45,449 nucleotides of DNA from Candidatus Lachnoclostridium stercoripullorum (GTDB lineage: Bacteria; Bacillota; Clostridia; Lachnospirales; Lachnospiraceae): positions 1 through 45,449 of the forward strand of contig DXEU01000149.1 of the NCBI GenBank assembly GCA_019114845.1, in the 5' to 3' direction. This document shows, one piece after another, positions 26,945 through 35,891 of the stretch. The translations under genes and the position numbers were made by a program. The notes beneath the pieces were generated by a model. It was given only the letters and a program-made list of their open reading frames with translations, did not search any database and was not told the origin of the DNA. Positions within the stretch are counted from its first letter, which is position 1, and each line of letters begins with the position of its first letter.

Positions 26945-27580
26945 ATGAATTTACAGAAGTGCAGCAACGGCCACTATTACGATGGAGACGTGTACTCCAG
27001 CTGCCCGCACTGCAAGAATCAGCAGGCATCGGAAGGCAAGACAGTTGCCCTGGATGTGTCGCCGAGCGGCGGCGGAGATGTGACGGTGGCCATGTCCACG
27101 GACGAGGGCCCCACCCTGTCCGGCATGGTGCAGGCGGTGAAGGATAATTTCGGCAGCGCCCTGCCCTCAGATGACCAGAAGACGGTCAGCTTCTATGACG
27201 GCAATCAGGTGCTGGCGGAGAAGGACCCGGTGGTAGGCTGGGTGGTCTGCGTCAAAGGAGGACTGTACGGGCAGGATTTCCGCCTGAAATCCGGCCGCAA
27301 CTTTGTGGGAAGAGCGGAGAACATGGATATCTGCCTGCGGGGAGAGAGCACTGTCTCCAGAGACCGCCACGCGATCCTGATCTACGAGCCCAGACAGAAC
27401 CTGTTTCTGGTGCAGCCCGGGGAGACCAAGGAGTTGATCTACTTGAACGGCAACGTGGTTCTCACCCCCATGGTGATGAAGAAGAATGATATCCTGCAGG
27501 TGGGAGATATCTCCCTGATGCTGGTTCCCTGCTGCGACGATGTGTTCCACTGGGAAGAGGAAGAGAAAAAGGACAGATAG
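26945..27580 (+). CDS. Zn-ribbon + FHA domain protein
   Basis: N-terminal CSNGH-x9-CPHC; acidic linker; FHA motifs VGR, VSRDRHA, LNG. Confidence 0.9.
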   Translation: MNLQKCSNGHYYDGDVYSSCPHCKNQQASEGKTVALDVSPSGGGDVTVAMSTDEGPTLSGMVQAVKDNFGSALPSDDQKTVSFYDGNQVLAEKDPVVGWVVCVKGGLYGQDFRLKSGRNFVGRAENMDICLRGESTVSRDRHAILIYEPRQNLFLVQPGETKELIYLNGNVVLTPMVMKKNDILQVGDISLMLVPCCDDVFHWEEEEKKDR

Positions 27581-27623
27581 TCATCCGGCAGGAGATGAAA
27601 AAGTGACAAGGGAGGAAAAATAA

Positions 27624-28559
27624 ATGAATAGTGGTATTGTTGGAGTTGTGGAAGGATTGGCGGCCCTGGTCAGCGGACTGGGATTCATGTTCTATGCGAC
27701 CTTGATCGGATCCGTTCTTATTTCCTACATTTTAGTGGGATACATGATCATGTGCGTGGGCCGCAAGGCGGGCCTGACGGAGGATTGGATGGCGTACATT
27801 CCCATCGCCAGACAGCTGTATCAGATGCAGATTGCGAAATGCCCCTGGTGGTACATTTTCCTGTTCCAGGGATGCTTTGTGAACAACGCTGTGCTGGTAA
27901 TTCTGTGCATTATCTTCGGAGCCCTGTTTAAGAGCATGCCCCTGACCCTGCTGGTGGTGATCCTCTGGCTGGTGGCTTCCCTGGTGTTTACCTTCTTCTA
28001 TTACCGCAAGTATTATCCGCTGTTTGGATTTAACCCCAACACCGCATGGCTGGAGATCGTGTGGACCTTCGGAACGGCCAGCACCATCCTGCTGATCCTG
28101 ATGGCCTTCTCTGATTCCATCCGCTACCGCGCGGACGGCCGGGCCCTCAGCAGCGAGATGCCGGTATTTGCCAGACCGGAGCAGCAGTCCGAGAGAAGAA
28201 GCGTGCAGCAGCCTGCGGAGGACCGCACAGTGGCCAGAAGCCGTGCGGAGATCACCGGTGTGGACGGCAAGTACGCGGGGGCTTCCTTCGATGTCAGCGA
28301 CGGCTCCGAGGTGGTATTTGGACGCTCCGCTTCTGACGCCAACGTGGTGTTTGATCAGTTTGACACGGATATCAGCAGAAAGCATTGTTCCATCCGCTTT
28401 GACGCGGCTGCCGGGGATTACGTGGTGACGGATACGTCCACCAACGGCACCTACTTAAACGGCGGCAAGCAGATTCCGTCCGGCACACCCACCCACGTGG
28501 CGAGAGGTTCCGTCATCTATCTGGGCAAGAGCAGGAAGAATTCCTTCCGTCTTGGATAA
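27624..28559 (+). CDS. Polytopic membrane protein with C-terminal FHA domain
   Basis: About 5 TM segments with a KAG..WMAYIPI motif (DUF5684-like); FHA motifs FGR, ISRKHC, STNGTYLNG. Confidence 0.88.
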   Translation: MNSGIVGVVEGLAALVSGLGFMFYATLIGSVLISYILVGYMIMCVGRKAGLTEDWMAYIPIARQLYQMQIAKCPWWYIFLFQGCFVNNAVLVILCIIFGALFKSMPLTLLVVILWLVASLVFTFFYYRKYYPLFGFNPNTAWLEIVWTFGTASTILLILMAFSDSIRYRADGRALSSEMPVFARPEQQSERRSVQQPAEDRTVARSRAEITGVDGKYAGASFDVSDGSEVVFGRSASDANVVFDQFDTDISRKHCSIRFDAAAGDYVVTDTSTNGTYLNGGKQIPSGTPTHVARGSVIYLGKSRKNSFRLG

Positions 28560-28577
28560 AGGAGAGGGGCAGAGAGA

Positions 28578-29306
28578 TTGATTTCTTATCATTTGATAAG
28601 CAAGGTAGGAGAGAGAGACAACAACGAGGACAGTGTGGGCATGTTTCAGGCCGGGGCAGAGTATTGCTTTGCCCTGGCCGATGGCCTGGGCGGACACGGA
28701 AAAGGGGAGGTGGCTTCCCGAATCGCCGTGGAGCAGGCGGTGGCGGCCTTCGCGGAGGCGGGTAAAGCCTCGGAGGAGGTGATCCTCACCGCTTTCGGCA
28801 ATGCCCAGGATGCCATCCTGGCGGAGCAGCGGGCAGACCGCACGGCCAGCGATATGAAAACCACCTTCGTGTACCTTCTGGTGGGCGAGGAGGAGATCCG
28901 CTGGGCCCACATCGGCGACTCCCGGCTGTACCGATTTGAGCGCGGCAAGCTGGCGGAGCGGACGCTGGACCACAGCGTTCCCCAGATGCTTGTGGCGGCG
29001 GGAGAGATCAAGGAGAAGCAGATTCGCCACCATCCGGACAGAAACCGTCTTCTGCGGGTGATGGGGGTCAACTGGGAGGAGCCCCGGTATCAGCTGGGCG
29101 GCCCGGTTCCCGCTTCCCCCGGCCAGGCATTCCTTCTGTGCAGCGACGGATTCTGGGAATGGATCGAGGAGAAGAAGATGCTCTCCGCCCTGAAGAAGGC
29201 GGATTCCCCGGAGGACTGGATCAGTCGGATGGAAGAGATGATCCTGAAACAGGGACGGGGAAAGAACATGGACAATTATTCGGCGATCGCCGTATGGGTA
29301 GATTAG
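28578..29306 (+). CDS. PP2C/PPM family Ser/Thr phosphatase
   Basis: TTG start; RDNNED, ADGLGGH, HIGDSR, CSDG, DNYS motifs. Confidence 0.93.
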   Translation: MISYHLISKVGERDNNEDSVGMFQAGAEYCFALADGLGGHGKGEVASRIAVEQAVAAFAEAGKASEEVILTAFGNAQDAILAEQRADRTASDMKTTFVYLLVGEEEIRWAHIGDSRLYRFERGKLAERTLDHSVPQMLVAAGEIKEKQIRHHPDRNRLLRVMGVNWEEPRYQLGGPVPASPGQAFLLCSDGFWEWIEEKKMLSALKKADSPEDWISRMEEMILKQGRGKNMDNYSAIAVWVD

Positions 29307-29321
29307 TCAGGAGGAGAGACG

Positions 29322-29927
29322 ATGGCGGTGGTTCGGTGCCCCAACGGGCATTATTATGATGATCAGAAGTTTTCCAGGTGCCCCCACTGCGGTATTTTCG
29401 CCAATATGGACTTAAACCAGATGAAGGGCGGCTCCAAGCGCAAGGAAAACGACGAGAAGACGGTAGCCCTCTCCAGTTCAGAGCGGTCGGTGGAGAATTT
29501 CTGCCGCACCATCTCCCTGGAGGAGGCCATGGCCGATCCGGCAGACGACCAGAAAACCGTGGGCTACTATTCGGACAGCCATGGAAATGATTTTGTCACC
29601 GGTTGGGTGGTCTGTGTGAAGGGGCAGGAGCGCGGCAGGGATTACCGGCTGTACCACGGGTTCAACCAGGTGGGCAGAAGCCTGGGAATGGCGGTCTGCC
29701 TGTCGGCGGATCCCGGCGTCAGCAGGGAGAATCACTGCGCTGTGGTCTACGAGGCCAGGGAGAATCAATTTTACCTGGTGCCGGAGGGCGGAAACTCTGT
29801 GCTTCTGAACGGAAAAGTGGTGAGCGGGCCTGAGACGCTCCGGACGGGGGACCGGATCGGAGTCGGGGCCAGCGAACTGGAATTTGTGGCATTCTGCAGA
29901 GAGGGAAGAGTATGGGAAGACGAATGA
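29322..29927 (+). CDS. Zn-ribbon + FHA domain protein (paralogue of 26945)
   Basis: CPNGH-x9-CPHC; GWVVCVKG; VGR, VSRENH, LNG. Confidence 0.9.
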   Translation: MAVVRCPNGHYYDDQKFSRCPHCGIFANMDLNQMKGGSKRKENDEKTVALSSSERSVENFCRTISLEEAMADPADDQKTVGYYSDSHGNDFVTGWVVCVKGQERGRDYRLYHGFNQVGRSLGMAVCLSADPGVSRENHCAVVYEARENQFYLVPEGGNSVLLNGKVVSGPETLRTGDRIGVGASELEFVAFCREGRVWEDE

Positions 29928-31615
29928 GATGGCTCCCGGCAGTCCTGGCGCTCAGCCTGTTTGCCGCTCAGCCGGTCCAGGCGGATGAGACGCCAGGGCA
30001 GGAGGACAGCCCCAGGCTGGAGCAGGTATATCTGAATATGCCGGAGATCACGGTTTATGGATACGGGCTGGAGGAAGCGGGCGCCTCCCCGGAAGCATGG
30101 CTGGGAGACGAGAGGCTGACCCCGGTGTCGGCCTCTTCCTTTTCTGAGACAGGCGAGGGAGTCAGCTACTATGTGCTGCTGGATGTGTCCAACTCCATCC
30201 CGGAGTCCTATTTCAATCAGTTGAAGGAAGGCATCTGCGATTTCTGGGACGGCCTGGCGGCCGGCGACACGGCGACCCTGGTCACCTTTGGCGAGTCCGT
30301 GAAGGTGCTGCAGGAGGCGGGAGCCGGCACGGACGCCGTGCGGGAGAGTCTCCAGAGCGTGGACAATATTGACAATCGGACGATGCTGTTCGAGGCGGTG
30401 AGCCAGGCGGCGGATCTGGCGGACAGAAGCCAGGGAGCCTCCTGCCGGAGAAAGGCGTTCATCGTCATCTCCGACGGGGAAGACGTGGCGGTAGGCGAGA
30501 AGAGAGCCCAGGAAGCCCTGGATGAGCTGAAGGAGAAGGGGATTCCCGTCTACGGCGCCTGCATCCGGGATACGGCATTGGATCATATCAACAGCTTCGG
30601 CGAGTTCGCCAGGCGCTCCGGCGGAGACGTGCACGTGTTTGAGGCGGATCAGGCCAGGGGAGTCCTGGAGGAGATCCGCGGGGAGCTGACCCAGGCGGAG
30701 GTCCTGGAGTTTGCCGCCCCCACCAACCGGATTACCAACGAGTATGAGACCTTCTCCCTGAGGATTCAGGGGCAGGACGCCCCGCTCACCAGGGAGGTTC
30801 TCTCCTGCCGCTGGATTCCGGACGAGGAAGCTCCTGTGATCCTGGAGGCGGTGAAGGGGGAGGAGAGGCAGATCCTCGTGACCTTCAGCGAGCCGGTGTC
30901 CGGGGCGGATCAGACATCCGCGTACACCCTGACCCGCAGGGGGGAGACGGTGGTCATCCAGTCCGCTGTGTATGCGGCGGAGCGGAGAGACCAGGTGGTG
31001 CTCACGGCGGCGGAGCCCCTGAACCGGGGAGAGTATGCGCTGAGCTGCCAGGGAGTGAGGGATGACTCCCAGGAGCAGAACCTGGTGAGCGGCGATTTCA
31101 CCTTTGAACTGAGCACCGGGGATCCCCAGCCGGGGATCGATCCCGGGTCCCAGGCTGTCCTGTTTGGCTGCCTTCTTGCGGCTGCTGCGGTGATCATCGC
31201 TGCGGTGGTGGTTGTGCGCCGGAACCAGAAGGCGAAGGAAGTGATCGTTGTGGACGGACAGTCTATCACCGCCTCCTCCGTCAGCGTGAAGCAGCATGTG
31301 ACCACCGGCCAGCCGGAGAAAAAGACATTCTGGATGGTGGTGTCGGTGGAGGGGAGAAATCCCAAGAAGATGGAGCTTTCCATCGACCGCAGCCTGATTG
31401 TGGGACGGGCGGACATCTGCGATCTGTACTTTGACGATGGAAGGATGTCCAGGCAGCATTTTGCCCTGGAATGGGATGGTTCTTCCATGTATGTGACGGA
31501 TCTGAATACGACCAACGGGACCACGGTCAACGGAGTGAAGATAACAGGCAGAAGAAGACTGGAGCCTGGTGATCGCATCTGCGCCGGAGCGGAGGAGATG
31601 GAGATCAGCTGGTAG
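29924..31615 (+). CDS. Signal peptide-vWA-Ig-like-TM-FHA membrane protein
   Basis: ATGA overlap with the upstream gene; signal peptide ending VQA; MIDAS DVSNS...T...ISDG; Ig-like VTFSEPV segment; TM helix then RRNQK; FHA VGR, MSRQH, TTNGTTVNG. Confidence 0.88.
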   Translation: MRWLPAVLALSLFAAQPVQADETPGQEDSPRLEQVYLNMPEITVYGYGLEEAGASPEAWLGDERLTPVSASSFSETGEGVSYYVLLDVSNSIPESYFNQLKEGICDFWDGLAAGDTATLVTFGESVKVLQEAGAGTDAVRESLQSVDNIDNRTMLFEAVSQAADLADRSQGASCRRKAFIVISDGEDVAVGEKRAQEALDELKEKGIPVYGACIRDTALDHINSFGEFARRSGGDVHVFEADQARGVLEEIRGELTQAEVLEFAAPTNRITNEYETFSLRIQGQDAPLTREVLSCRWIPDEEAPVILEAVKGEERQILVTFSEPVSGADQTSAYTLTRRGETVVIQSAVYAAERRDQVVLTAAEPLNRGEYALSCQGVRDDSQEQNLVSGDFTFELSTGDPQPGIDPGSQAVLFGCLLAAAAVIIAAVVVVRRNQKAKEVIVVDGQSITASSVSVKQHVTTGQPEKKTFWMVVSVEGRNPKKMELSIDRSLIVGRADICDLYFDDGRMSRQHFALEWDGSSMYVTDLNTTNGTTVNGVKITGRRRLEPGDRICAGAEEMEISW

Positions 31616-31638
31616 GGGGATCTGCCGGGGAGGCACAT

Positions 31639-32985
31639 ATGAGGTATGAGAGAGAAATCTGCCCCAACTGTTTTGACACAGAGTACGGGCAGGGCGAGTG
31701 TGCCAAGTGCGGATACAGAGAAAGTTATGAAACAAGGAGCGCCAGGGCCCTTCAGGCGGGAACGATTCTCAACGGGCGCTACATCGTTGGGAGAGTTCTG
31801 GGCGAGGGGGGCTTTGGCATTACCTACAAAGCGTGCGATGTGGAGGGCGGGGGGCTCTGCGCCATCAAGGAGTACGCCCCCGCCGCCGACAGCGAGCGGC
31901 AGGCGGACGGGCTCACCCTGAGGACGGCCAGCGGCCGCGACCCCGCTCGCTATGAAAAAGGGCTGAAACGGTTCATGGAGGAGGCTCAGGTGCTGCATCG
32001 GCTGGGGGAGATGCCCAATGTGGTGCGGATTTTTGACCTGTTCCAGGAGAACCACACGGCCTATTTTGCCATGGAGTTGCTGGAGGGGGCCAACTTGAAC
32101 CAGATTGTCCAGGCGGCCAGGGGAGTGCTGCCGTTCAAGGAGATCACCTCCATCATCGTCCAGGTGGGGATGGCCCTGGCGCAGATTCACGAGCAGGCGG
32201 GGATCTTTCACCGGGACATCAGCCCGGAAAACATCTATGTGACCAGGGACGGCCAGGTGAAGCTGATTGACTTCGGAAATGCGAAGGAGCTGACCAGGCA
32301 GAAGGATCAGGAGTACTCCGTGGTGCTGAAGCCCAGCTTTGCACCTCCGGAGCAGCACTCCTCCAGGATGCAGCAGGGGAGCTACACAGATGTCTACTCT
32401 CTGGCGGGGACCTACTATTTTGCCCTCACGGGAATTCGCCTGCCCTCGGCGGTGGAGCGGCTCACGGGCGAGACCTACATCCCCCTCAAGCAGATGAATC
32501 TGGGGATACCGGAGGCGGTCTCGGATGTGGTGGATCAGGCTCTGGTTCTGGACTGCCGGAGACGGATCCAGACCATGCGGGAGTTCGTGGAGGGAATTTT
32601 AAAGAGCGAGCGGATGGCGGCAGTCAAGGGGCCGGAACCGCCGGCACAGTCCCCTTACCTGGAGATTTTGGCGGGGGAGATGAGAGGAGCAGTCTGGCAG
32701 ATCCCCTCCAACGTGGAGATCAAGGTGGGGCGCTCTGCGGCCAGGTGCGACATCGCCATAGCCGGGCATTCGGATGTGAGCAAGGAGCATCTGAAGATTT
32801 ATTATGACGGACAGAAGGGGCTGTTTTACATACGGGATATGTCCCGGTTCGGGACGTATATCAATGGGATTCGGCTGGAGCAGGGAACCGTTTTTTCGGC
32901 CCGGCCTCCCGTAAACATAGCGCTGGCCAGCCAGGCCTGCGTTCTGAGAGCGGCAGTGGCGCCGGCGGGCGCCGGACGCAGATAG
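31639..32985 (+). CDS. Soluble Ser/Thr protein kinase with N-terminal Zn ribbon and C-terminal FHA
   Basis: CPNC...CAKC; GEGGFG, AIKE, HRDISPEN, DFG, APPE, DVYSLA; FHA VGR, VSKEH, SRFGTYING; no TM helix. Confidence 0.93.
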   Translation: MRYEREICPNCFDTEYGQGECAKCGYRESYETRSARALQAGTILNGRYIVGRVLGEGGFGITYKACDVEGGGLCAIKEYAPAADSERQADGLTLRTASGRDPARYEKGLKRFMEEAQVLHRLGEMPNVVRIFDLFQENHTAYFAMELLEGANLNQIVQAARGVLPFKEITSIIVQVGMALAQIHEQAGIFHRDISPENIYVTRDGQVKLIDFGNAKELTRQKDQEYSVVLKPSFAPPEQHSSRMQQGSYTDVYSLAGTYYFALTGIRLPSAVERLTGETYIPLKQMNLGIPEAVSDVVDQALVLDCRRRIQTMREFVEGILKSERMAAVKGPEPPAQSPYLEILAGEMRGAVWQIPSNVEIKVGRSAARCDIAIAGHSDVSKEHLKIYYDGQKGLFYIRDMSRFGTYINGIRLEQGTVFSARPPVNIALASQACVLRAAVAPAGAGRR

Positions 32986-32998
32986 GAGGAGCAGGGAG

Positions 32999-33796
32999 AT
33001 GAACGTGGTAAAGGATCTGAAAAAGGACATTCCCCAGTGGACCATCGGTGTGGCGAGCATCATAGGGACCAGGGAGTACCAGCAGGATTACGTGTACTGC
33101 TGCAGCTGCGACAATGGCCTGCTGGGAGTGGTGTGCGATGGAATGGGCGGTCTGGACGGCGGGGAGCTTGCCAGCAGCACCGCAGCAGAAGCCCTGGGAG
33201 AGGCATTTGCCGGCAGAGACATCCGGCTGCCTGTCCCGGAGTTTTTGAAGGAACAGGCTGTCCGCATCAATGACCAGGTGCTGGCCCTCACGGGGAAGAA
33301 TGGGAAACCTCTCCGGGCGGGCACGACCATGGTGGCCGTTGTGGCGGACGGCGGAAAACTTTACTGGCTGTCCATCGGCGACAGCCGCATCTACATTATC
33401 CGCGGCGAGGAGATGAGCCAGGTAAACAGGGAGCACAATTACCGCTTGACGCTCCAGGAATCCCTGAGGAGCGGGCTCATCACCCAGGAACAGTATGAGG
33501 CGGAGGAGAAGAGGGGCCGGGCGGACGCCCTGATCAGCTATCTGGGCATCAGCCGGCTGAACCTGATGGACATCAACCGCGCGCCGCTGGAGATGATGGA
33601 CGGAGACATGGTTCTCCTGTGCAGTGACGGACTTTTTAAGAGCTTAAACGACAGCCAGATCAAGGCGCTGGTAAAGGACAATGATATAGATATGGATATT
33701 GCGGCGGACCGCCTGTGCCAGATGGCCCTGAGCAAACGCCGGGGCGGCCAGGACAATACGTCTGTTCTGCTGCTTCAGTACCATAAAACGGAGTAA
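32999..33796 (+). CDS. PP2C/PPM family Ser/Thr phosphatase
   Basis: REYQQD, CDGMGG, SIGDSR, CSDGL, DNTS motifs. Confidence 0.93.
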   Translation: MNVVKDLKKDIPQWTIGVASIIGTREYQQDYVYCCSCDNGLLGVVCDGMGGLDGGELASSTAAEALGEAFAGRDIRLPVPEFLKEQAVRINDQVLALTGKNGKPLRAGTTMVAVVADGGKLYWLSIGDSRIYIIRGEEMSQVNREHNYRLTLQESLRSGLITQEQYEAEEKRGRADALISYLGISRLNLMDINRAPLEMMDGDMVLLCSDGLFKSLNDSQIKALVKDNDIDMDIAADRLCQMALSKRRGGQDNTSVLLLQYHKTE

Positions 33797-33810
33797 CAGG
33801 GGAGAAGATT

Positions 33811-35874
33811 ATGATACGTTGTTTGAATTGCATGCAGGAATTTGACGAGCAGTATGGGGTGTGCCCCAACTGCGGTCACATTCCGGGAGAAGATCCCAAG
33901 GAACCATTTCAGCTGAGACCGGGGGTCGTGCTGGCGGGCCGCTATGTGGTGGGAACCGCACTAGGAGTGGGAGGATTCGGAATCACCTACCGCGCCTGGG
34001 ACAACACGCTGCAGAAAATGCTGGCCATCAAGGAATACTATCCCAGCGCCAACGGGATTGTGAACCGCGTCCCGGGAAAGCCGCAGGTGATCGTCTACTC
34101 CGGCAACCGGGCGGTGGAGTTTGAGAACGGAAAGGTCCGTTTCCTGGCGGAGGCCAGAAACATGGCCAGGTTCAACACCCACCCCAACATCGTCCATGTG
34201 TACGATTTCTTTGAGGAGAATGGGACCGCCTACATCGTCATGGAGTTCCTGGACGGAATTTCCTATAAGCAGTTTATCGCCGCCAACGGGGGAAAAGTGG
34301 ATCAGAAGGTGGCCCTGGAGGTGACCCTCTCGGTGCTGGACGCCCTGAAGGAGATCCACAAGGCGGGGATCATTCACCGGGATATCAGCCCGGACAACGT
34401 ATTTATCTGTATGAGCGGCATCATCAAGCTCATCGACTTCGGAGCCGCCAGATTCTCCACCGGCGAGGAGGAGAAGACCCTCTCCATCATCCTGAAGCCG
34501 GGCTACGCGCCGCCGGAGCAGTACCGCAGCCGCAGCAAGCAGGGGCCTTGGACGGATATCTACGCGGTGGGCGCCATGTTCTACCGGGCGCTGACCGGGG
34601 TGATGCCGGACGAGTCGGTGAACCGCATGGTTCAGGACCGGGTGGTTCCGCCCCATGAGCTGAATCCGGAGATCCCGGAGAATCTGAGCAACGCCATCAT
34701 GAGGGCCATGGCCCTCAATCAGGAGCTCCGCTTCCGCAACGTGGACCAGTTCCGGGAGGCAATCCAGGGGCAGGCTCCGGTGCGGGATGTGAAGGAGGAG
34801 CTGAAGAGAAGAAAGTTGTTTCGAGCCGGGATTGTGGCCGGCGTGTTTACCGTCATCATCGCCGCGGGGGCGGTGTGCCTGCTCCTGTTCCGCAGCAGAA
34901 GCGCGGATGCGGCCCTGGACGACGCCAAGATCCTGGTCTGGTACCCCGTGAGCGGGGAGGAGACCGGGGAAGGCGAGGAGGAATTCCTCTCCATGGCCCA
35001 GGCTTATCAGGAATATTATCCCAACATCGAGATCCAGGTGGAGGCAATCCCCGCCGACGAGTACGGGGAGAGGCTTGCGGAGGCGCTTGAGACAGGGGAG
35101 AACGTGCCCACAGTATTTGAGAGCACGAGCCTGGACAGCAGCTGGAACGAGAAGCTGGCCTCTGTGGACGAGGCATATGAGTGGCTCACAGAGCGGGAAG
35201 AGATGGGAAATTACTACTTCCTGGAGGAGTACCGGGGAGCGGCCGAGAATATGCTGCGGATGCCCATGAGCTTTGAGGTGCCCGTGGTCTACGGGGACAC
35301 CCTCATGGCGGAGGACGAGGACGGCAGTTTCCTCGGCGCGGAGGAGCTTGCGGACGCCCTGGAGAGCGGAAACGGCTACGCGGTGGATCCCGACGCGGCG
35401 GATCTCTACGGGGAGCTTTTGCCGGATCTGGATGAGAGCCAGGGCTATGAAGATTTTGTGGTGGATCTGGACGCGGAGAACGTGGGAAGCGGCGAGAAAT
35501 TCGACGCCGACCAGGAGCGGGCGGCTGCCCTGGAGGGCAAGGTGGAATACTACCTGTCCGACACATCCGAATATGAGAGAGTTCAGGCGGACATGGCTGG
35601 CGTCTACCAGGTGATCCTTCTGAAGGATATGCCCCTCACCGGAAGGCTGACCAACCTGTGGAGCGTGAGCGCGGACGCCAGCCCTGCGGAGCAGAAGGCG
35701 GGAGTGCGGCTCCTCTATTTCCTCATGTCAAAGGAAAATCAGCAGATTATGAATATACAGAACGGACGGGGACTGCCGCTCCACCGAGAGATTTTTGACG
35801 AATACGAGACTATGAACGCAGAATTTGCAGGCATCGGCGAGAGCCTGGAGCAGATTACAATGAAAGCGCGTTAG
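33811..35874 (+). CDS. Receptor Ser/Thr kinase: Zn ribbon-kinase-TM-extracellular solute-binding-protein-like domain
   Basis: CLNC...CPNC; GVGGFG, AIKE, HRDISPDN, DFG, APPE; TM helix; ILVWY...YQEYYPNIEIQVEAIPADEYGERL..AL..G..P resembles the start of carbohydrate ABC SBPs. Confidence 0.88.
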   Translation: MIRCLNCMQEFDEQYGVCPNCGHIPGEDPKEPFQLRPGVVLAGRYVVGTALGVGGFGITYRAWDNTLQKMLAIKEYYPSANGIVNRVPGKPQVIVYSGNRAVEFENGKVRFLAEARNMARFNTHPNIVHVYDFFEENGTAYIVMEFLDGISYKQFIAANGGKVDQKVALEVTLSVLDALKEIHKAGIIHRDISPDNVFICMSGIIKLIDFGAARFSTGEEEKTLSIILKPGYAPPEQYRSRSKQGPWTDIYAVGAMFYRALTGVMPDESVNRMVQDRVVPPHELNPEIPENLSNAIMRAMALNQELRFRNVDQFREAIQGQAPVRDVKEELKRRKLFRAGIVAGVFTVIIAAGAVCLLLFRSRSADAALDDAKILVWYPVSGEETGEGEEEFLSMAQAYQEYYPNIEIQVEAIPADEYGERLAEALETGENVPTVFESTSLDSSWNEKLASVDEAYEWLTEREEMGNYYFLEEYRGAAENMLRMPMSFEVPVVYGDTLMAEDEDGSFLGAEELADALESGNGYAVDPDAADLYGELLPDLDESQGYEDFVVDLDAENVGSGEKFDADQERAAALEGKVEYYLSDTSEYERVQADMAGVYQVILLKDMPLTGRLTNLWSVSADASPAEQKAGVRLLYFLMSKENQQIMNIQNGRGLPLHREIFDEYETMNAEFAGIGESLEQITMKAR

Positions 35875-35891
35875 GGCGGACGGGGGAGACT

